Assembly: GCA_964234715.1 (NCBI GenBank)
Contig: OZ174276.1
Length of the DNA: 64,000 nucleotides
DNA from: Podarcis melisellensis
Taxonomy: Eukaryota
Reading direction: 5' to 3' (one strand)
Shown here piece after piece: positions 47,953-62,800 of the stretch. The position numbers and the translations under genes are program-made. Each line of letters begins with the position of its first letter. The first letter of the stretch is position 1. A model generated the notes under the pieces. It was not told the DNA's origin, ran no database searches, and saw only the letters and a list, made by a program, of their open reading frames with translations.

Positions 47953-50900
47953 GGATGATAGGAATTTTATTATGCATTGGATAAATCCAGAGAATTTTAA
48001 GAGGTCGATGAGTAATGTCAAAAGATGGAAAAGCAGTTGTATAGCCAAAATGCTACCATCATTCCAAGCTGATGAACAGGAAGTTTAGGCCAGGGGTTAT
48101 TTAAAAAACAAAACAAACAGGAAAGCATGTTGCGATTATACAATAGGGAATTATCCTGAAGGAAATGAATGGGTCATGTTATCCTTTACTAGAACGGACA
48201 CCTGTCAGTTACCCTTTTAAAACATACAGCACTTTTTCTTTAGCGGGATTGGGACAATGAAAGAGCACTGTAAATATAGTTGCCCTATAGCGAGCATCAT
48301 TTTTGACAAGATATTTTGCAAGCGTAAAACCAGCATCTTCCACAAGAGATGCAGAGGAAAGAGTGGCAAAAGCATTTTTCATGCACCAGACATCAACCTA
48401 GTCTGACAACACATTCTCATTCCAGTGGGTGCCTCATTCTCTACCATTCTGAAGTCCACAGCAAAGGATAGCTTCAATTGGTACATAAGTAATCATATCC
48501 TATTTCCAGATTCTTCTGATCATGAAAGTGTTTTGGACAGTGTATGGGGAAATATCTATTGCATTTCAATAACCAGCCTTGTCAATCTGTGAGTGGTGGA
48601 CCAATGGCGTACATGTACACTCCAAAATGACTGTGGTAAAATATTGTCATAAATTGTCATATGATAAGTGAGCATGTTATTGGCTGTAACTACCTCAACT
48701 ATTTTATGTTGATTGGTCAATCTGTGGTGTGGTTGATAGAAATAGAGAATGTGAGATTGAAGAAGCAGCTCGTGGGAAATGAAAGGAGAATATGGACTAT
48801 TCAAAATGGAATACGAGATGTCTCAGCTCACATAATCTCACCATCCTGAGGTTTGAGAAAGTGGTGGCAGGGTTAGCTGTATTGGTAACCAGCAACACAT
48901 CTGTTGCAGTGATTATATTTTTAGCTTTTTTCAAAAGACTAGTTTGCAAACAATCCAAATCATTCCCCACTGATACTTCAGCCCCTCACACAGTTTAAAT
49001 CACACTTATTTATATATCTTTTAATTAAATTTAGTGATTTAATCCAGACACATGAGGATTTGGAGAAACCTGACTGGAATGGAATTGGGGCCCACAGTGT
49101 ATCCCTCACTGCTAGTTTTAGAAAAGCTCTTAACTGCCAATCTCATGGGGATTTCAGTTGATTTTTTAAAAAAAACCTATAATACATCCTTAAATCATGG
49201 GTTTGGTATTCTTTTCAACATGCATTTTTTTTAAAAAAAAAAAAACCCAACACTAGTTATTTCCGGTATTGTTTGGCTTTGTAAATGGAAGGCCACACAA
49301 ACCCTTTTCTTTAATGTACATTAAAATTCCATTTTAGAACAAAACTCTTATTGTGAACAATACTTAAACCAACAAAGATTCCCCAAGACACACACAAACA
49401 CATTACAGTTTGGATCATCTTGTACAAAGCATTATATATTCTGTGTCTTTCTTCTCAGCCACACGTATCAGCATTACAACCACACAATGTTCATCTCTTG
49501 AACACTCCGGCGGCCTAAATTATTTGGTGTCTCTGGAGGATAATGGCAATGATCCAAACTGGAGGAAATGCTGAAATTAAAAGACATGTTTATACAGGAC
49601 ACACTTCTCCTAAAACGTGCACTGGAAGAACGAAAGACTATTTGGCTTCAATGACTCATATGGCTGAAAAGGCCAGAAGATAACATAGCCCAGTGACTTA
49701 CATCAAGGCAGTACTGCTACCTAACAACTCATCTTGAATTGACCTACATAATGCAGACTATAACATCTCACAAGCCGAGGGCAGCAGAGAGGAGAACCGC
49801 TCAAAATGCCCACAGAACAGATAGTACCAGACAATAAAAGAACCACACACTACAGGAAAATGTGGTGGTGGTGGTTTTCAGTACCACTGAGACAAGCAGA
49901 CTTTTAATCTAGGAGAAAACTTCCCAAATTCAAATATGACATTATGTGAGGCCTAAGCCAAGAAGAAAACCATCCACAGACACTCCCCAAAAGTCATTTT
50001 AAACAGGGACACTACATCCAACCTCTTTCAAGATGTAGGAGGACTTGGTACCTCCAAAGAAATGGGGGTGGGGGAGAACCCAACTATACTGAATGTAGAA
50101 AATATTTTTTCTCTCACCACAATGAGTCCACAAGAATAGAGGCACCAGATTAAACAATCTTAAAACACAATTAAAAATCAAACCATGCTTTTTTAAAAAG
50201 TTATAGCTTTGTCCAAGGCCACAGTAATACTTTCCCTAAGCCAACAAAGCCATAACCTAAATCCTAATCAGCTAATGGCTACTTAAAGCCCTGAGGCAGG
50301 CCACCTGGTTTCATTTGCACAGATGGAAAGCAGGAGCAATTGTACTAAAATCTCTAAAGGACATGAGACAAGTACGCCAGAGAGCCATAGCAACAAGTCT
50401 CAGAGCTTGCTCTCACAAATCAATTATTGCTTAATGCTTTTTCATTCAACTTTGTCCTCTCCTGGGCATTTAAAAATTGTGTTTCAAGAGGAAACCCATA
50501 GTCCCTTTGTGAATATGCTGTGAAGGTTTTAATAAAGTCAGAATATATGAGAGTGAGAAGTTTTAATGAGTAAGGTTATCATTACAGAGCCATTCTGAAA
50601 AACAGTGTTGTAAACAGTATCTCCTGCAATGGTCCCCTCTTCCCTGTGACACAAACATCACCACATTAGTATTTTGTCCCATGCACGATGCACCTGCATG
50701 AACCTTTGAAGTGCAGGTGAGAGTTTTTGGCCAATCTAAACAAGAAGAATTGAGAACTGAAGGCTCCCACTTTTGGTGGCAAGCAACTGCTCTAGTTTAA
50801 ACTCAGAAACGCAAACCTGTGAAGATAAGCCCTTAATGATTTAGTATCAGAAACACAGAAAGGTAAAACAAAAACAAACAAAAACCCTCTTAACATTGGA

Positions 50901-51765
50901 GATAGTGTTAGGGCAAACAGTATATGTGTAGATAAGCACTACTTAAAATGTGTTACAAAGCTGCTCCTAATTGTTCATTCTTATCCCACAACAAAGATGC
51001 AACTGTGGAAAAGGGCAATGTAGCAAAATTCCAGACACAGGAAATGCTATGCTATGATTATTCAGAGCAAAATAAGTTAGTAGCTCACAGCTTGGAGCAG
51101 CACATCCCTTGCCTCTGAAAGCACAGCCCTTTTATAGGATGAAACCCAAGATACCTGATGACGAATCAGAATTTGTCCCAACTCTGGGTTGCTGGAATCT
51201 AGCAGACATCAAAACAATGGAGGACTAAAGATAAAGGGGAATGAATTGGGTTGTTGAAAAGATGGCGTTCAAGGCATTTAAGATGGGCCTAAAGGGAATG
51301 ATACATTATTGCAAGAAAAATGTTGATTCCTTCTTCTATTGTGTTCAGGGAGATGTTTTAGACGCTGCACTTCAGCCCTGTCTAGTCACAATACATCAGT
51401 AGGTGTACATGTCCCAGTTGCGAAGACGCAAAGAAAAGGAAGAGATCTTGATATTGGATGCATTACAAAAGCTTCAGCTTTCACACTTTTAAAAGGCCAG
51501 TTTTTAGCCCATAGCTATGAAGACAGACTTCCAAGTGTGGAGCTTGTATGCCCTAAATATTCAGAGAGAATGAACACACAAACTTAGCTGAAACTTTTTC
51601 TAAGGTGGAATAATAGTTCCTTAAATCATCCAGATTTTAAAAATGTCATTAAAAATGCAGAACAACAACAAATATGTTTTACTTACTTAATTCTTATCTG
51701 GGAAACAAGGGATAGAACCTGTCATTATTTTATGTACACTCAACTGTATGGATGTTACTGAAACT

Positions 51766-51776
51766 GGGGGGGGGGG

Positions 51777-51819
<43 letters not shown>
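51766..51819. repeat. poly-G plus (GA)n polypurine tract
   Basis: G run followed by about 20 GA units. Confidence 0.95.
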
Positions 51820-51823
<4 letters not shown>

Positions 51824-54800
51824 TTCAATGAATGCATCCTATAAGTAACCATTTTATTTTGAGATCCTATTGTTCAAATGATGTGAATCCATTGTGAGAG
51901 CTGGGTGGCGGCTGAATTTTTGACCGACCTCCTCCCTATCCAGAAAGCTCTAAAACACTTCAAAAGGACTTCTGAATAGGAAATAGACTAGGCAGTGTTA
52001 GAACAGCCACAAATTCTAATGCAAGCATTTCCTCTGTGTGTGCTGCTGCTGCTGCTTCTAAAAGAGAGACTTCAACTGTCCAGTATAGCAAACAGGGAAC
52101 AGTTTTGTTTTTGCATTTTGAACCCTGATCTATACAGTACTGCAATATGTGAAATGTATGGTTTAGTTGTTTTGAGGGGGCAAGGGGTGTCTTTAATCAG
52201 ACAAGCCACTGGATTTTACTCATAGCCAACTGTCTGGAAGGAAGGATCCCTAAAAGAAAAAGCATAGTTTCATTACCAAATGAGTATGAACTACCGTACA
52301 TTCCCAGAGAAAGTGAATTCCATAGAATCTAGGCCAAGGAACAAAGGGGGGGGGTAAGGAAATTAAACTTTACAAACAGCATAAAGTTCACAGAAACTGC
52401 ACCAAAATTCCTATTACACACAATCTTTCTGCTATTCCCATCCTACAACAACTCGTTATTGTCACTTGAAAACATGTGATTAGGACTAATATTGTTACTA
52501 AATCATTATCAATCTGGCATGGAAAGACAAAGGAGCCCATTTCCTTCTTGTAGATTCATCTCACAGCTACTTTAGAATAGCTGAAACAGTAAACTGTGTT
52601 GTTTCCAGAGAAAATTTCATGACTTTAGCTTGTGACTTGATCCCCACCCCCACCCCGAAAAGCAACTTAATCATCTATCCCATGACATATCCTTAGTGCA
52701 ATGGATCTTTGAGCAGGGCAGTTTCTCTAAAAATAAAATGACTACATTCTCTGAAATGCGAGCGCTTCTACAAAGCCAGAGTTCAGCCACATCATTAAAA
52801 AGCTGCACACAATAGAACTGTTACCTTGAAAGGGAAAATAACCGCAAGGCCATGTCATCCTGGTTAACTGAGCATCCTTTAGCCATGATAGTGTCACAAG
52901 ACAAACCACAAAAAAGAATGAAAAGCCGATTCATTGAGCTAGTCTCAAAGGCCCCTCATGTTTGCTAACAAAAATTCATAATGAGGCAAGCCTTCTTTCA
53001 ACAATGAGTGATAAAAATCCTCACTAAATTAGAGGCAATGGTAGAGATAAAATATTCCATGATAATCATTTCTGCTCCCCACCCACATTGAGTAATGCAG
53101 ATTATTTATAATAAAATGAGTATTTTCAGATGTCTAAGATACAGTCTTGGCAGTGTCCATTCTCAAGGGCTTACATAGGGCTGTTTCAGGCATAATGCTA
53201 TACCAGAGTTTACTGCTACATGAAAAAACAAAAGCAAGACTTAACCCTGTATATTTCTCCTTTCCTTCTGCTCCTCTGGTGCAGCTGCAATGAGATTTCA
53301 TAATTTCTGTTTTAAAAGTAAATAGAATAATTTCTGTTTTTAACCATGAATTATAATTAATTTAAACCTTAAACCAGCCTCTCCCAACCTGGGGACCCCT
53401 AGATGTTTTAGACTACAAGTTCCATCAGTCTGTGACATAATTCTTGATAAGGGAAGGTAACAATTCCTCCCCGCCCATTGCCCATATCAGAGAAAAAGAA
53501 TGTGGGGGTGAGATGCAGCTCTAAGACATGGGTCACCAACACAGCGTTCATGAGCACTAGGGGGTTCCTTTCTGCACCACTTATCAAAATAATGAATTCA
53601 GGGGCTCGGTCGCCAGCTCTGCCTTGTAATCAGTTACCTGGGCAAGTTACTTGTCCTTCATTATTAACCATGATCCCACAGCAGCCATTTTGTGGTGGTG
53701 CCTACAAGAGGTTTTGTGCTGCTTTCCCCCACAAATTATCAGATGTGTGCACGAATTCAAAAAAGTTGTCACTCCCTGCTCTACAAAGCTTTTGGAGTCT
53801 ATCAAACAAAATTGACACTGCAGTAGAGAATAGCTCTAACTTCTGATGAACAGAATATTAGAAACACAAAGCACAGAGGCTGGCTCATCTGCCACTCACT
53901 TAAGCAAGTAATACTTTTTTATAAATAATTTGAATAAAAAACTGCTTGTCCTTCAGCATTTGTTGGTTCCTATTGTTTCCCCACGGCTCTTCCCAGCTCT
54001 CTCACTTCCACCTCACAAGCTACCCCAAACTAACAAGTAAAGTGTAGCTAGCAATAGTGATTATGACATTCCACTTTTATGCGACTATCCGCTGATATTT
54101 GGTTTTAGATTATGTACTTTCACTGGCCGTCAAAGCTAGTCAGTGACAAAATAATATTGTAACGGTACACTATAACTATCAGCGATACAGTTAACAGGAG
54201 AGTTTATAGTATACCGCTTTCTAGCCTGTGCTTCATTTTTCCTCAGCAATATGTACTACGATTCAAGTTCTCTTGGGAGGTAGCTCTTTAATTTAACTGA
54301 AGGTTTTGCTTCTCTCATCTGCAAGTTAAACAGCATTTAAACCAGAACCGCTGACAAGTATTTCCTGTACAGCTATAAGAAGGTCTTTTGCAATGAGTCA
54401 GGCCAATTTCCATCTCAGCCTCCTATGGCTTGCAGTAGCTCGCCAGAGAATTTTAAGATGGCTTTGGGAACAACATAGGATGGATGGAAGAAGGGGCTGT
54501 GCACCCCCAACTGCCATTTTGTGTAACATCCAAACAGTTTGGGAGCATCACATACCATTGGTTATGTTTAGGTGCTGGGGTTTTTTTTAATGAATCTTTT
54601 TAATGTCAGGTGTTTTGCTTTGTTTTTGTTTTTGAAAAAAGAGAGCATCAAGTGGCCTTCAGTTTGGGTCAAGAGGCCTCCATCTTTAATACCATGTTTT
54701 TAGAATCTGGTAGGTGAGAGTTAAAAGATGGATGGGGAAGGCATAGTGTCTAAGTCACGTTTAGTCAGCTACAATTCCCTCTTCGCCCCAAAATAGTATA

Positions 54801-56984
54801 AAAGCTACTGCCTGATAGATAGATGGAAGCCTTGGAAGCTGTTCAGATTGCTGCAATTGATCATAGTCATTTGACACCCAAGTTCCTTTGCCCTTATATT
54901 TACTTCAACAGTAAAGCTTTTTGAAATATCGTCCATGTGCAAGGAATCAGAAGTATGAAAATAAAGGAGGTAGCACTGGGTCACACCTTCAAGCCATAGC
55001 CAAAGAAAAATGTGCTGTCACCAAGCCAGGCAATTAATCTCACTACATTTAAATCTGCCTGTCAGTTTCTAGACTATACTCATTAATATGCTCTGCAAAC
55101 ATGTTGCAGCACTGTGGACCACCTAATGGAGGCTGGTGTGACCCACAATGAATAAATCTGAAGCACACAATTTTCCTGACCACCCCCAATTTTAATCTGA
55201 TTTTATTCCAAGGTGGGGTTTTGGCTTGGACACTAAACTATCCATTTGACATTTAGCCTGCAAGCCTATGAAGGCTTATTTGGGAGTGAGCCCCACTGAA
55301 CGCACGCAGGAGTGGGTTGCTAGTTTTTCATATGAGAAGTGTTCCAAAACAAGAGACGCCCAGTTCATTAGCCACTGTTATGTTGTGCTTTTCCCAAGAG
55401 CCTGCCATAGTCTGAACTCAAAAGTTCAAGGAAAAAATAGTATTCCGAAAACTGTCAGTCTTCTAAAAACTGGCTCTAGTATCAGTTTTCAGTATTCCAC
55501 AACAGAAGTATGTCCAAAGATATTATATTAAGTGCTAAATATGATATTTGTATTAGCATCTAAAAATTATGTGTCAACATATTACACAACACATAATAAA
55601 AAACAGACCTCAGCTCAAATTGCTGATGCTACAATCCTGTTGCCTTACATAAACCTATCTTATCAATTTTTCCTTTCTTGCAGAATGACTAAAACTATAG
55701 GATTCCTCCCCAGTTCTCTCTTACCAGCTAGCATCATACCCAAGTTCTACATTACATTTCTATTATAAAAACTAACCAAAATTATACAGAAATATAATTC
55801 CATCTAGCCTCCATTTCCCAGAATATTAAATATATTTTTCAGAAGGCCATAGTAACACTACAACATTTTAAGGTAGATGAGCAGACAGACTTGTGCTTTT
55901 GCATGTGCAAATACCAAAACAACAGTATAGTGTAATAATTAGCAGTAACATTTTATGTCACTAAGCTTGCAGGAGCATCTACAGAATATCTGGTTTTAAA
56001 TTAGATGCAATTATCTTTTCTCCCCTGCCCCCACCCTGCACTCATAAAAAATATTGGGTAACAACATGTTTCACTCTGTCCCATCACCCAGATGTATTGG
56101 GGTCATGGAAAGGTGTGCTAACTTGAACACTATTCACATGCTGGTTGTTTTCTACATAAGCAGGAACAAGGTGAGGGGTGGAATCGTTGTCTGTGGGAGG
56201 CAGGAAATCCATCCCATCCCCTATAGGCACAAAGGGTCACCGTGTTACACCAGAAGACTAATTGCTAAATAGTTACAAAAAAAGAAAAGGAAAATGAAAG
56301 GCTTTAAAACAAAGCAACTGCAGCTCAGCATGGGTGGCAGTTTTGTCTGACATTCAAAATGGCCATTGAACACCATGTCGAATAACTGAAAGAGATGGGT
56401 TTAAATTCTACTGCGGTTATGGATTCTCCAAGTAGTTCTGGTGAAGTCACTGTCTCTCACCCTTAGTCTCCAACCAGTTAAATGGGTTAATATTTACCAT
56501 TTATACAAAGTGCTTCGGGTACTGTGATTAACAATGACAATGTTGTGTAAATGCAACAAATTCCTGCAGGGAATTTATTAGCTTCCTGCTTGCCGTCTTC
56601 CTAATCACTCCAAGCACCCTAACAAGGGTACATTTCTCAAAGTATACTGAGAAGAAGCTGCCACAGCCATAAGGCTTTTCAGGGGGTTTTGTGTTAACGT
56701 GCCTCCTTTTTGAAGAGCTGGCTCCCATAACACGTGCTGAATTTTGGCTGAGGAAACCAGCGTTGACTGTAGGAGCTCCTGAAGTTTGCTCACGGCCACT
56801 TTTGCTTCTCCCCAGTCTGTTTTTCTTTCTGATGAACTGTGCTGAACTAAGTCATGATTTTGCTTAGCATGTCATCTGAACTGGAACTCATGCTTAAGGT
56901 CATGATTAGCGAGAAGAGAGCTTAATCGCAAGCTCAGGCCGCATAGGCAACACAGTAAGCGAAACCTTTGTTTAACACAGCACA

Positions 56985-57013
<29 letters not shown>
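56985..57013. repeat. (GTT)n microsatellite
   Basis: Accounts for the poly-Q and poly-T chance ORFs at this position. Confidence 0.95.
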
Positions 57014-57015
<2 letters not shown>

Positions 57016-58427
57016 TAAAAAAGAGGAGTAAAAGAAGCTGCACATTCCTTTCCAGGAGCCCACAGTGTTGTGAAAGCCAGGTCAATAGGTCAGTTCCTCC
57101 TTGGTGGGCAATAACTACTTCATGAAAATTCTTCAAGGACAAAGTTAAAGACCACAAAGTAAATGAGATGTTAAGGCTGCAAATCCTATGAACCTTTACC
57201 TCTGAACATAGCGAGAATTACTTCAGAGTAAGAACGCATGGAGTTCAGGCCTAAGGCATTTTGCTGCTTGAGGTCAAGGGCAAGATGAAACTCCCTCCCC
57301 CTTCTACATATTGAAGCCAACTGGACTGACAGCTGAATCACCCTAGTAATGGGATAGCAACCTCCACAACACCTGGGTTGGGGGCTAATTTGCGGTAGGA
57401 TTGGCTTTGTCAGGAGAATGGCCCCAACATCCGCTGCCCAAGGCCTCACTTTGCCTAATGGCAGGGCCGGCCCTGATAGGATTGTACTACAAAATAGTGT
57501 TTATTAACCACCATTGTGCTACAGAAAATTGGGGTGGGGAATGAGAAATCACAGGGATGTTTCAATTCACGTAAGCAAGATGGCAACCCAGTTAGCAGCA
57601 GACTTAACAAGGGCCATGCATTCGGGGCTTCTGGTCTTTTCCGAGACAGCCACAAATCTCAGAGCGAGCAAGAAACTGTGGCTTCTAGGAAGCAGCTGCT
57701 TTCAACATCCCTGCCCCCAGTATGCTGCTGGATTGCAATCTGGTGCTTCACTTTTTATTTACACACAGTTTAAACAAGGCTCTGGCATAAAGGAGAAAAA
57801 TGCTTTGGAAGGAATGCATTGAGTGAGAAAGGTAAATAATGAGTGGCCTGCTCTTCAATTATTTTCTTTTTAACAGCTATCAGGACTGTATATAATTCAA
57901 CTGCACTTCTCAAAGATGAAATCCATGAAATCCAGAGCAGAAGAGAAGGGTGGGGGAGTAGAAACAGTGACTGTTTATAGTTAATTTGGCGAGGGGGTGG
58001 GGAAATACATAGCTTTCCTACTTGTTATGTTAGTTTATTTCTGTGCCACCTTTTGTCCCAAAAGGCTCTCACAAGAACTAACAAAGGCAATCACAAAATT
58101 CAAGCAATAAAATACAGCAAAAGATTAACATCTCAACAACATATCATATTTGTCATATCTATAGTTCAGAAGAGGATTCTTTCCCTAGAAAACGTCCATG
58201 GGTCATAGGATTTCAGGCAGAGATCAAATGGAGTTTAGCAAATGCAATTCAGTACACAATTCAGCTGGGCCTCTCTGCAAAAGCTAAGAAGAAGAAATAA
58301 GTATTGTTATTTAGGCCAAATCACTATGTCCATTTATGGCACCCACGTGAAGAATTAAGAAATAGTACCATATGGTTACACATGCTGCAAGAAACAGCAA
58401 AAGAGGATGCATTGAGAACAAGAACAT

Positions 58428-58590
58428 AAAGTCTTGTTGCACCTTGAAGGCTAACAAATTGTATTGTGCCATAAGCTTTCATGGACTAGAGCCCACTTCA
58501 CCAGATGCTTCAGATGAAAGCTTATGCCATAATAAGCTTTGTCAGTACCACAAGAATTTTGCTGCAACAGACTTGTAACACAGCTATCCT
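58428..58590. mobile_element. Penelope-like element terminal remnant in inverted arrangement
   Basis: agtcttgttgcaccttgaaggctaacaaattgtattgtgccataagctttc...cccacttcaccagatgc followed by its inverted counterpart gaaagcttatgccataataa...gctgcaacagact. Confidence 0.6.
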
Positions 58591-59744
58591 TGCCCTGTCA
58601 AATGGACCAAAAGTGCTCCTTCTCCAGGCTGTCTTGCATCTCACCATATGGCAAATTATAATGGGCATACATTATTCAAGAATGGAATAGTGGTGTCTTT
58701 GTAGCCATACAAACCAGAACTACTGAAATGCAATTTGGAAAGCTGGATCTAGGACAAGGATTAAATGTGTGCAGCCTCAGCTCTGCCAAGTATATGGAGC
58801 AAAACACACACAAAACTACAGCCTCTCCTCCCCAAAAACAAAGTCTTGTGACACTTCAAAGGCAAATAAATACAAGTGGGCTCTAGTTCACAAAAGCTTA
58901 TAACTCAAATTCACCCATAATTTCTCTTACTATACTGAGACTCTTTGGGATTTTTTTGCAACAGAGTGATACAGCTTCTCCTGTTGAATTTATTGCTCTT
59001 GAATTTGCTAGTAGCATACATGGGAATAGTTCAAAATGTGGAATAATCTTAAGCAATTCTTCTTAATTCTTAAGCCCTGCACAAAAGGGATTTCCCTTCG
59101 CTCCTCCCCTGCACCCCCCAAAATTAGCTGGGGGTGGGTCAGGATAACCCCCTGCAGAACAACACACAGCGGGGGGGGGGGGTCATTCCATCCAGCAAGC
59201 TGAAATATTTGTGTTGTTGGAATGTTTGGCATAATGCAAAGTGGAATTCCTCCCACTATAAATAGACTTGTTGGGTGCAATAGTTCTTTTGCAGGAAAAT
59301 CCTATACGTATTTGTTTGGACATAAGTCCCACTGTGTTGAATGGAGCTTTCTTTCATGTAAGGGTGCAAAAGGATTGCAGTTTTAGAATCCTTTATCTTG
59401 CATATAAATAAGCTCAGCTTTTCAGTCTTCAGGGCATGATGCAAAAGTAACTCCTTTTCAGACCTCTATTTGTACAAAATGGAAAAAGATTTCTGGAGGA
59501 TAATGCTATCAGTGGCTACTGATCATGATCACTATACCACAGTATGCGTGCTAAGAGGAAGGCACCTTTGGCAAACCCTCACCATGATCAACTCCCACCC
59601 AGAAACCTATGTCCACACTGTGGAAGGACATGTGGATCCAGAATTGGCCTCCACAGTCACTTACAGACTCACTGTTAAGACCATGTTCATGGAAGACAAT
59701 CTTACTCTGCTACAAGTGGTCACCAAAGAAGAGAAGAAGCTGAA

Positions 59745-59878
59745 TACCAGCAGCTGGGGGGCTACTGTGCTCAAGTCCCATTTTGGGCTTCCCAGAGGCA
59801 TCTGACTGGCTACTGTGGGAACAGAATGCCAAATTAGTTGCGCCTCAAATCCAGCAGGGGTTTTTGTGTGTTCTTATA
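59745..59878 (+). mobile_element. CR1-type 3' end fragment
   Basis: ggcatctgactggctactgtgggaacagaatgc...atccagcagg...tgttcttat terminal motif. Confidence 0.55.
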
Positions 59879-62800
59879 GGAGACGGGGGGGGGGGGAAAT
59901 ACTTCACTTTAATCAAACTCAAAATTAACTAACGTTATTCCAGAGTGCAGGGACAGACAGCCGTCCTTTTGACGTAAAAACAATCATCCTTTGTCACCAG
60001 AAAAAGCAAGCAAACAAAAAAATACAAAAGTTTCAAGCACAAGTTGCGCCTTTGCTAAAGAAAGCAATTCGCTGAAATGGCTCTCTTACAAAACTCCTAT
60101 TAGGAATGCCTACTTTGCCAAAGGGAAAAAAGGTGGCTCGTCTTACACTAGAACCCTGGCCTCATTAAAGCTTAATTGAAAGGAGCAGCAGGGGGAAGAG
60201 GGCAGGCTAGAGTTCTGTAGATGGATGCAAGCAGTGCCTATTCCTCCCCCCCCCCCAGGACGTTTAGAGGTTGTGGAAATACACCCCCATTGTGTCACAA
60301 ATGTCACCTGGAGAAGCCCCATTAAAAGGGCAAGAATCAGACTTAACTTATCTCATTCAGATTCAGCTTTCGGTGGTCAGTGGGCAAGAAATGTGAACAC
60401 AGCTCTACACCCCATCTTTGGCTCTGCTGGTAACCATTGATCCGCTTATGTGTCACAATGTCTTGCTTCTTAAAAACAAAAACAAAAAAACCCTTGTCTA
60501 TCATTTCAGTATCCCCAACGGAACGGTAAAATCTTTGACATATTTCTGCTACATATGAAATATTATAGAGGTTGAAGATTCATATGATCTAAACCTGAAG
60601 CCCGTGGTTAAAATCTCAGTTCAACTATGAAGTTCTCGTGTGAAATTAGCATGCTGCCATATTTCCTCTTTACTGATTAATAATCTTTCTGGGAAACATT
60701 ATATGACTTCCACTCAAATGTTATTTTTAATGACAAATGAAGTTTAAAAATCTAAGCAATTTAAATGATGCTCAATGAGTTCTAATTTTCATTTCTTGGC
60801 TGGGTGCAAACATTTTCCTGTCATGTTCCTATTAATTATTGCCAATACCTACTGATTTATAGCCTGGGTTGGATCCTGAGAAGCACAGCCAGAAGGAGGT
60901 TGGCATAAGATGGGGATTTTCCATCAATTCCTCCCACTGAAAAGCCTCTTTTGAGGATTTAAGGGTCCTCCTGAATGGAGTGGTCTGTGGCATGTGAGGT
61001 GGTAATGGAAAGGGGGAGACAATTAAAAATCAGGTGGAGGAACCTTCTATGAGCAGTTTTGCAGGGGCCTGCAGAAGATAGGAGGGATGGTTAAGTCATC
61101 TTCTGCCAACCCTCTTCCATCGGAGCAACTCAGGATGTAAACCTCTGTTTCTTAGTCCCAATGAGTTAACAGGACTTATTTCCAAGTGAACATGACCAAA
61201 CTGCTGATGCCACAATGGGAGAAAAAGCCAACAGATGTAAAGACCTTTGGGTCAATTTGGCCCAACCGCATATAGTGTCATTTAGGTATGGCAACCCCCA
61301 TTACTTTTGCTTGCATCAAACTGTGGCATGCTGGAAGTCTGATTAACTTTAGAGGGGATTGTTCATGTTTCTACAGCTGGTCTGCATAGCTAAGTAGAAC
61401 CATGCCATGTTTTGTTCTAGCTCCACAATCATGAACAGGCAAGTGCAAGGCTAACAGTCAAAAGACAGAGCACCACACATGGGGTGGTTGTTTTAGATTT
61501 TAGTCAGTTTTAGTACACTTAATACAATAAGACTGCTTCTAAAACATATTCATGCATTAATGAGTCTAAAGATAAGTGCCCAAAGGAAAGGCGTTTCTTG
61601 AGAAAACTGCCAATTTTGAGATGAAGGTTATTAGGCAATAACACACAGCTGTTGCACCTCTGGGACGTGAGAGTTCAGCTGTTCCCTCTTAGAATTAATA
61701 AAACAAACCATGAACTACTGACAAACATTTATACTGTTCAGACAAAATGCATCAGGGCCTCTAAAGGAAAATGAAGTGCCTCTGCTGATCTCAGTAAGGG
61801 AAGAGTCACAGCGCAACAGAACCAGAAGTAACCATTTAGAGGAGCTTGGGAATGTGATTGTTTGTGTCTAACTTTTAGGTACAGAAACCCCGATCTCTGC
61901 TTCTACTGTTACAAACCTCTGAGACCTGTATGTATTATGCAGATTGCTATATATTTTCTTCTCTTAGAAAATATACTCTGCTAGCCAAGCTGTACCCCTT
62001 GAACACTAAAAGCTTTGTTTAATTCCTTCCCTGGGAGTGGAATTTTCCAATGTATTACCTACCGAGTATGGTATTGCTATGCTGCTACCAGGACACAGTG
62101 GTGGATATTTATTTTAATTGTCCCACTCATTTTAAAATGCCAGTGTAGACTATGGGGAAAGGTCATGGCTCAGTGGTAGAGCAGAAGGTCTCAGGTTCAA
62201 TCTTCCTGTCTCAAGGGAGAGAGACAGTCAGTGCAGAGAGGGGGTGTAACGTAAGAGTCCTAGCAGTTTACTTTAAAGGGCTGGATAAAATGTCATGAAT
62301 GATCAATAGGAGATGTTGTTCCTTCTTGAGGTCAGTAACCCTGGTTCTGGTTTCTCAGTGTGATGCTGACAAACCAAGGCATTGATTTTGAAGCTTGTTC
62401 TGTATAGCACTTACAAATCACCCTGTCTTCAACCAGCAGAGGATGCCATTATCATCATCTTCAACAAGGCTTTTATTTACACACCTAATGTATTTATGCC
62501 TTTGACATCAGTGGGTTCAAGCTGTTTAAATGCACCCACACAGGCTTTTCAGCATTGCTTATGTCACATCCTGTGCATTCAGAGCACTTTCCCTGGCAAT
62601 CCCACTGATGTTACTAAGCCTCTTTCCAAGAACTGGCCTTGAGGACTGTGCCTTTATTAGTTTTAGAGGCATGCTTCATCAGATTCATTCATTTATAAGA
62701 TTTCTTGCCACCATAGGTTCCCAGGGCGGGTAGCTGCATGGGAGGGAGAGCTGGGGCAAATAAAGAGGGCTGGGTAAGGATGTCAGAAACTCAAATCTTT

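Noticed and set aside
56054-56272. ORF translated as MGNN..., resembling a Neuralized N-terminus
   Set aside because: Wrong strand for NEURL1B, starts with TTG, and the similarity is only 4 residues.
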